Source: Cenarchaeum sp. (GTDB lineage Archaea > Thermoproteota > Nitrososphaeria > Nitrososphaerales > Nitrosopumilaceae). Taken from it: a DNA stretch of 64,000 nucleotides. The notes below the pieces were generated by a model, which worked only from the letters and a program-made list of their open reading frames with translations, searched no databases and was not told the DNA's origin. Where the stretch lies: contig CBDESU010000002.1 in assembly GCA_965242695.1 (NCBI GenBank), forward strand, positions 672,001 to 736,000, in the 5' to 3' direction. Numbering within the stretch: position 1 is the first letter of the stretch; every line of letters begins with the position of its first letter. A program made the translations under genes and the position numbers. This document shows positions 58,331 to 64,000 of the stretch, one piece after another.

Positions 58331-60055
58331 ATGGCCCTGACCATACCGCGCAACCGGTACGTAGACCTGTTCGGGCCGACGGCCGGCGACCGCATCCGGC
58401 TTGGCGACACCGACCTCGTAATAGAGGTCGAGAGGGATCTCTTGCGGCACGGCGACGAGGCCGTGTTCGGCGGGGGCAAGAGCGTGCGGGACGGGATGGC
58501 GCAGGCCTCGGGCGCGCCGCGCAGCGCCTCGCTCGACCTGGTCATTACGAACGCGGTCGTCATGGATCCCGTCCTCGGCATCATAAAGGCCGACATCGGC
58601 GTCAGGGACGGCCGCATAGCCGGGGTCGGAAACGCCGGCAACCCCGACATCATGGACGGCGTAGACATGACGATATCGTCGCATACGGAGGTCATCGCCG
58701 GCGAGCACACCATCTGCACGCCGGGCGCAATCGACGCGCACATTCACTTCATCTCGCCGCAGCAGGCGGTGACGGCCGTGTGCGCCGGCACCACGACGAT
58801 GATCGGCGGCGGGACGGGCCCCGCCGACGGCACGAACGCGACGACGTGCACGCCCGGCGAGTGGAACATACGCCGCATGATAGAGTCCGTCTCGGAGTTT
58901 CCGCTCAACTTTGGCCTCCTCTGCAAGGGCAACGACTCGCAGGAGGGGCCGCTGCTCGAGCAGGTCGCCGCCGGAGCGTGCGGCCTCAAGCTGCACGAGG
59001 ACTGGGGCACGACGCCCGCGACGATAGATGCGGCCCTCCGCGTCGCCGACCAGACCGACACGCAGGTTGCAATACACACGGACACGCTCAACGAGTGCGG
59101 CTACGTCGACGACACGATAGCCGCAATCGCGGGCAGGACTATACACACCTACCACACCGAGGGGGCCGGCGGGGGGCACGCACCCGACATTATGCGGGTC
59201 GCCGGCGAGGCCAACGTCCTGCCGTCCTCGACGAACCCGACACGCCCGTTCACCGTCAACACTCTCGAGGAGCACCTGGATATGATGATGGTGTGCCACC
59301 ACCTGAGCCCGTCGGTCCCCGAGGACGTCTCGTTCGCCGAGTCGCGCATACGGCGCGAGACCATAGCGGCCGAGGACGTCCTGCACGACATCGGGGCGAT
59401 CAGCATGATGTCCTCCGACAGCCAGGCCATGGGGAGGGTCGGCGAGGTGACGGCGCGCAACTGGCAGACGGCCGACAAGATGAAGCGCTCGACGGGGCCG
59501 CTGCCCGAGGACATGCGCGCCTCGGGCGGGCGCAACGACAACTCAAGGGCCCTGCGCTACCTTGCAAAGATCACGGTCAACCCCGCCATAGCGCACGGCG
59601 TCTCGCGGCACGTCGGCTCGCTCGAGCCAGGCCGCCTTGCCGACATAGTGGTGTGGTCGCCGCAGTTCTTTGGGGCCAGGCCCAGGATGGTCGTAAAGGG
59701 AGGCATGATCGCGTACGCGCTCATGGGCGATCCGAACGCGTCGATCCCGACGACCGAGCCGGTCATGTACAGGCCCATGTTCGGGGCCCTCGGCGGGGCC
59801 AGGCGGTCGACGTCCGTGACGTTCACGTCGAAGGCGGCCCTCGAGGCGGGGCTGGCCTCCAAGATTGACGCCGGCCGGCCGCTCGTCGCCGTCGAGGGGT
59901 GCCGCTCGATAGGCAAGAGGGACATGGTCCGCAACTCGCTGACGCCGAAGATCGAAATCAACCCCGAGACGTACAGGGTTACGGTCGACGGCAAGGTTGC
60001 CGAGGCCGAGCCTGCCGAGCGCGTCCCCCTCGGCAGGCTGTACAACCTGTACTAG
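58331..60055 (+). CDS. ureC: Urease subunit alpha
   Basis: [40 protein letters not shown]. Confidence 0.98.
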   Translation: MALTIPRNRYVDLFGPTAGDRIRLGDTDLVIEVERDLLRHGDEAVFGGGKSVRDGMAQASGAPRSASLDLVITNAVVMDPVLGIIKADIGVRDGRIAGVGNAGNPDIMDGVDMTISSHTEVIAGEHTICTPGAIDAHIHFISPQQAVTAVCAGTTTMIGGGTGPADGTNATTCTPGEWNIRRMIESVSEFPLNFGLLCKGNDSQEGPLLEQVAAGACGLKLHEDWGTTPATIDAALRVADQTDTQVAIHTDTLNECGYVDDTIAAIAGRTIHTYHTEGAGGGHAPDIMRVAGEANVLPSSTNPTRPFTVNTLEEHLDMMMVCHHLSPSVPEDVSFAESRIRRETIAAEDVLHDIGAISMMSSDSQAMGRVGEVTARNWQTADKMKRSTGPLPEDMRASGGRNDNSRALRYLAKITVNPAIAHGVSRHVGSLEPGRLADIVVWSPQFFGARPRMVVKGGMIAYALMGDPNASIPTTEPVMYRPMFGALGGARRSTSVTFTSKAALEAGLASKIDAGRPLVAVEGCRSIGKRDMVRNSLTPKIEINPETYRVTVDGKVAEAEPAERVPLGRLYNLY

Positions 60056-60173
60056 CCGTCGCGCAACAGCAGCAGCCTCGTGCCGCGCAGTCCGCTTCGC
60101 GCCCCGCCGCCGGCTGTTCGGCCCGCGCGCGCTAGGCAGGATGTAGGCCGCCCGCGCAGTCTGTCGAGCGCCT

Positions 60174-60254
60174 CCGCCGGGCGCCCTCCAACCTAGCCGA
60201 TGTCGGCTAGCCTGCGCGCCGCCGGGCGCCCTCCAACCTAGCCGATGTCGGCTA
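60174..60254. repeat. 36-bp direct repeat (60174-60209, 60219-60254), each ending in the inverted repeat TAGCCGA-TG-TCGGCTA
   Basis: Directly visible. Confidence 0.9.
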
Positions 60255-60346
60255 ATTGGCCCCCTCGCACCCACGCCTGCCGGCCCCGCTATTAAGGCGC
60301 CTTGCGGCATTAACCGACTAGTACGGGCCGCCCCCCGCCTGTTCGC

Positions 60347-62395
60347 ATGCTGGCTGGCACGAGGCCCCTCTGGGCCGGCAGGCGGTCCACGGCGACCATA
60401 GCGGCGGCGATCGCCGTCTCCTCGGCGCTTGCGATTGCGGCGCAGGCGCAGCCCGCATACGCGGCAGGCGTCATCGGCGAGGGCTTTACGATCGGCGAGG
60501 TCCTCGACGAGAGCTGGGGCTGGTTCATCGTTGTCGGGCTCGGCGCCGTGTTCGCAATCGTAATCACCGCCGAGACCAAGATAGAGGAGCGGTACCTGGG
60601 CGTCTCGCAGACGTCAGAATGGTTCAACACGGCCGGCAGGGTCATCAAGACGGGCCTGACGGCGGCGGCGATCGTCTCGGCCTGGACGTGGGCGGCGACG
60701 CTCCTACAGTCCTCGACGGTGGCGTACCAGTACGGGATAAGCGGCCCGTTCTGGTACGCGGCAGGCGCGTCCATACAGGTGCTGCTGTTCGGCATACTGG
60801 CCATCGAGCTAAAGCGCAAGGCGCCCAACGCCCACACCTTCTTGGAGATCATCCGCGCCAGGTACGGCGACGGGGCCCACCGCGTGTTCCTCGTGTTCGC
60901 CCTCATGACGAACATGATCGTCACTGCCATGCTGCTGCTCGGCGGCGCGGCCGTAGTCAACGGCCTTACCGGCATGGACATCTCGCTGGCCGCATTCCTC
61001 ATACCCATCGGGGTCATGATCTACACGCTGGTGGGGGGGCTAAAGGCCACGTTCGTCGCCGACTACATGCACACGATCATCATATTCATCGTCATACTCA
61101 CGTTCGTGGCCACCGTCTACTTTGTCAGCCCGCTCACCGGCGGCATAGAGGGCATGTACGACAAGCTCACCGAGGCCGCCGCGCTGCGCCCCGTAGAGGG
61201 CAACGCCGCCGGCATGTACCTGACGATGGCCTCGCTCGGCGGCCTCATATTCGGCATCATCAACATCGTGGGCAACTTTGGGACCGTGTTCGTCGACCAG
61301 GCGTACTGGCAGAGGGCCATCGCCGCGCAGCCGACGTCCACGGTAAAGGGGTTCCTGCTCGGCGGCGCGTGCTGGTTTGCGATCCCCTTTACGCTGGCCA
61401 CTACAATGGGGCTGACGGCCGTCGCGCTCGGCGTCGACCTCACGCCCGAGCAGGTGCAGCTCGGCCTGACCGTGCCCGCCGCCGCGTCCGTGCTCATGGG
61501 CGAGGTAGGCGCCGTCCTGGTCCTGACGATGCTGTTCATGGCCGTCACGTCGGCAGGCTCTGCCGAGCTGATCGCCGTCTCGTCGCTGATCACGTACGAC
61601 GTGTACCGCACGTACAAGAACCCGAACGCGTCGGGCAAGAAGCTGCTAAAGGTCTCGCGCGCGACAATCGTCGGGTTCGGGATCGGTATGGGCGGACTCG
61701 CCGTCATACTGCTCAGCATGGGGCTGAGCCTGGGGTTCGTGTACCTGGCCATGGGCGTGCTCATCGGCTCGGCCGTCATACCCATCGCCCTGACCATAAC
61801 GTGGAAGCGCACCGACAAGGTCGCAGCCACCGCGGGCGCGATCATCGGCCTGTTCGTGGCGCTCGGCACGTGGATCGGCGTGGCCGCCTCGCTGCCGGCG
61901 TACGGCGGCACGGTCTCGCTTGCGAGCCTCGGCGACAACTATTCGATGCTGTTTGGCAACATCGCCGGCATACTGACGGGCGGCGCGATCGCCGGCCTCG
62001 GGAGCCTGGCTCGGCGGACGACGTTTGACTGGAGCCTCATGCGCGAGCGCATAAAGCTCGTCGACATCTCGCAGGCCGAGGTGCGCCAGCTAGAGGAGGA
62101 CGAGGAGACGCTGGCCAAGGCGTTCAAGTTCAGCCTCCGCGGCGGCGGCATCATGACGCTCGTGCTGATCATCGCGTGGCCCATGCCGCTGTTCTTTGCG
62201 GGGTACGTGTTCGACATCGCGTTCTACTCGTTCTGGGTCGGCATCTCGATCGTGTGGGTGAGCGCCGCGACGTTCTTCATCGTCGGGCTCCCGATCATCG
62301 AGGCGCGGCACGGCATCGCAAAGGTGGCGCGCAGGCAGCGCGCGCCGCCGGCCTCGGAGGGCAACGGCGGAAGCGGAGGCGAGGACGGCAGGTGA
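60347..62395 (+). CDS. DUR3-like urea active transporter
   Basis: VSAWTWAATLLQSS, GNFGTVFVDQAYWQ, SAGSAELIAVSS. Confidence 0.93.
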   Translation: MLAGTRPLWAGRRSTATIAAAIAVSSALAIAAQAQPAYAAGVIGEGFTIGEVLDESWGWFIVVGLGAVFAIVITAETKIEERYLGVSQTSEWFNTAGRVIKTGLTAAAIVSAWTWAATLLQSSTVAYQYGISGPFWYAAGASIQVLLFGILAIELKRKAPNAHTFLEIIRARYGDGAHRVFLVFALMTNMIVTAMLLLGGAAVVNGLTGMDISLAAFLIPIGVMIYTLVGGLKATFVADYMHTIIIFIVILTFVATVYFVSPLTGGIEGMYDKLTEAAALRPVEGNAAGMYLTMASLGGLIFGIINIVGNFGTVFVDQAYWQRAIAAQPTSTVKGFLLGGACWFAIPFTLATTMGLTAVALGVDLTPEQVQLGLTVPAAASVLMGEVGAVLVLTMLFMAVTSAGSAELIAVSSLITYDVYRTYKNPNASGKKLLKVSRATIVGFGIGMGGLAVILLSMGLSLGFVYLAMGVLIGSAVIPIALTITWKRTDKVAATAGAIIGLFVALGTWIGVAASLPAYGGTVSLASLGDNYSMLFGNIAGILTGGAIAGLGSLARRTTFDWSLMRERIKLVDISQAEVRQLEEDEETLAKAFKFSLRGGGIMTLVLIIAWPMPLFFAGYVFDIAFYSFWVGISIVWVSAATFFIVGLPIIEARHGIAKVARRQRAPPASEGNGGSGGEDGR

Positions 62396-62997
62396 CCCAC
62401 TGCAGCGGCTGCGGCGTGGTCCTCGGCTGGAAAAAGTACAAGTTCCAGCGCATGTGGCGCATACCCGGATACTACTGCCGAAAGTGCATGATCGACCTCG
62501 GTCGGGACTTTGACAAGAACGCCAGGCTTACGCTGCCGACCCACCCGTGCGCGCTGTGCGGCGTCGAGTACTACTTTCTGAAGGGGTGCACCAAGGGCGG
62601 GGGCAAGCGGCACATGTACTGCAAGGTGTGCCACGAGGCCGTCTCGAACGGCGTCGTCCCCGCTACGCAGCAGGATGCGAAGGCGGGCGGGCAGAAGCAG
62701 CTGAAGACGCCCCCGCGGAACCTGCCGCTAGTCATGATGATCTTTGCCGGCCTCGGCGCGCTAATGATGGTGATGGGCTTGGTATTCACGATGATGTCGA
62801 CGGGCGACGATGCCAACGTGGCCAACATACTGTTCGGGTCGGTGACGACGGCGCTCGGGTTTGTCCTGCTGCGCAAGACGCTCCGGTCGCGCAGCCTGCT
62901 GCTCGGCCGGGCGGCCGCTGGCGGATCGGGCCCGCCGCAGTCCGCCTCGCCTCCTGCCGCGGCCGCGACTGCCGCCGTTGCCGATGGCCGAGCGTAG
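62392..62997 (+). CDS. Zinc-finger (4x CxxC) membrane protein
   Basis: CSGC, CRKC, CALC, CKVC followed by two TM helices; GTGA overlap with the upstream gene. Confidence 0.75.
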   Translation: MTHCSGCGVVLGWKKYKFQRMWRIPGYYCRKCMIDLGRDFDKNARLTLPTHPCALCGVEYYFLKGCTKGGGKRHMYCKVCHEAVSNGVVPATQQDAKAGGQKQLKTPPRNLPLVMMIFAGLGALMMVMGLVFTMMSTGDDANVANILFGSVTTALGFVLLRKTLRSRSLLLGRAAAGGSGPPQSASPPAAAATAAVADGRA

Positions 62998-63183
62998 CTC
63001 CCTTTTCTCCAACGGCACCCCTCACAGGCCTCAATGCGATGTCGCTAGGTGGGTTGCATGTGTAGACTTTCAAGCCTCTCGTTACGGCACAAGATCGTAA
63101 GCGCCCTGTGAACCCCCTGCACCGACAGCCACTGCCTAGCACCACTCACATTATTATACACTAGGGAAAGCCGCCGCTGTACG

Positions 63184-64000
63184 ATCACAAAAAAATCAGC
63201 GATCATCATTGTTATATTAGCAATGACAGGCGGAGCAGCCGGATATGCAGCTTATCCCTTCATGACCGAGGAAGACACAGAATGGACCACTAGCGCTGAG
63301 GGCACCGTCAACCAAGTTCAACGAAGTGTGCCTGAGCTGCATGCCGTACCCAAGCCAGCGCCCACCGCAGAGCCGTCCGCCGACAGCCCGATCGAATTAA
63401 TCACCTCTGCAGTGACAAAACAGATGGCAAGGCACAAGATAGATATGGCGACTGAACGCATCAATGATGCCCAGCGACAAGCGCAGCATGCCGAATTATC
63501 CACGGGCATGTTTGTGGTATCCGGCACACGATCTTTGACAACCCTGACATGGGCCGCCGACATAATCCACTTACCCGTCACAGATGACACCGCCGATGCT
63601 GTTGAGCTAATGGCAAACACGTTTGAGCGAACGGCAAACGATGCTGAGCGAATAGCAAGAGCGGAGCAACACATTCTAGACATGAAGGACACCCTCAGAA
63701 GTGACCCTGAAATCAGGGCTAAACTCGCTGGGAAATACATCATGGGATATAGCATGATGGAGGAGGTGGAAGCAACAATGAACCTGCGCATGAAGCCAAC
63801 CATAGAGGAATATGATGCGTTGTTAGCTAGTGGAGCCGAAATCGACAAGACCAGAGATGCAGTAAACGCTGAGATAACAGCAATGACATTGGTACGGCAA
63901 AGTGAGGCAATAGCAAATACCATGTCGACACTCGCCGATTTTTCAGAGCGTAAAGCAAACACTGCAACAGAATTTATCAACTACCTGAGAACTCAACTCG
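63184..64000 (+). CDS. Membrane-anchored alpha-helical hypothetical protein, 3' truncated, low-GC
   Basis: Frame open from 63112 to the window end: ITKKSAIIIVILAMTGGAAGYAAYPFMTEEDTEW...; first ATG at 63223. Confidence 0.6.
   Translation, partial: MTKKSAIIIVILAMTGGAAGYAAYPFMTEEDTEWTTSAEGTVNQVQRSVPELHAVPKPAPTAEPSADSPIELITSAVTKQMARHKIDMATERINDAQRQAQHAELSTGMFVVSGTRSLTTLTWAADIIHLPVTDDTADAVELMANTFERTANDAERIARAEQHILDMKDTLRSDPEIRAKLAGKYIMGYSMMEEVEATMNLRMKPTIEEYDALLASGAEIDKTRDAVNAEITAMTLVRQSEAIANTMSTLADFSERKANTATEFINYLRTQL

Noticed and set aside
60174-60254. Guanidine-II (mini-ykkC) riboswitch
   Set aside because: The twin hairpins have ATGT/ACAT loops, not the required ACGR tetraloop, and lie upstream of the probable TATA box
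63318-63980. 220-aa minus-strand ORF
   Set aside because: Antisense shadow of the + strand frame that runs off the window

Overview
The window is GC-rich chromosomal DNA from an ammonia-oxidising archaeon (Nitrososphaerota/Thaumarchaeota, Nitrosopumilaceae-like). The high GC suggests a sponge-symbiont-type lineage, which is an inference. 1-38 kb is mostly housekeeping: prs, rnz, a sirtuin, thpR, cca, two AlkA paralogues, tRNA-Pro(GGG), GINS, glnA, thermosome, glyA, both PolD subunits, GGGPS, pyrE, cbiE, a cyclophilin and NDH-2. It also holds the likely replication origin, with ORB boxes upstream of orc1/cdc6. Three small DNA-binding genes and a membrane-anchored winged-helix gene flank the origin, and their DNA carries dense GTGATW and TGTNAA repeats. 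39-43 kb holds Hsp20, CDC48, a ParB-like gene and an Lrp. 43.7-63 kb is an extended urea/guanidino-nitrogen locus: ureABC, ureEFGD, a His-rich Ni transporter and two DUR3-type symporters (one fused to a USP domain). The best candidate for an undescribed system lies inside it: an atypical ureohydrolase translationally coupled to a second, divergent UreA-like protein at the head of the Ni-insertion gene run. Next to it are an SSS transporter and a divergent group II chaperonin that lacks both catalytic aspartates and has a His/Cys-rich C-terminal tail. The intergenic spacers of this sub-cluster share a CGTA-N3-TACG palindrome. Low-GC inserts occur at about 3.0-4.3 kb and from about 63.0 kb onward. 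All calls come from reading sequence motifs by eye; no database searches were run.
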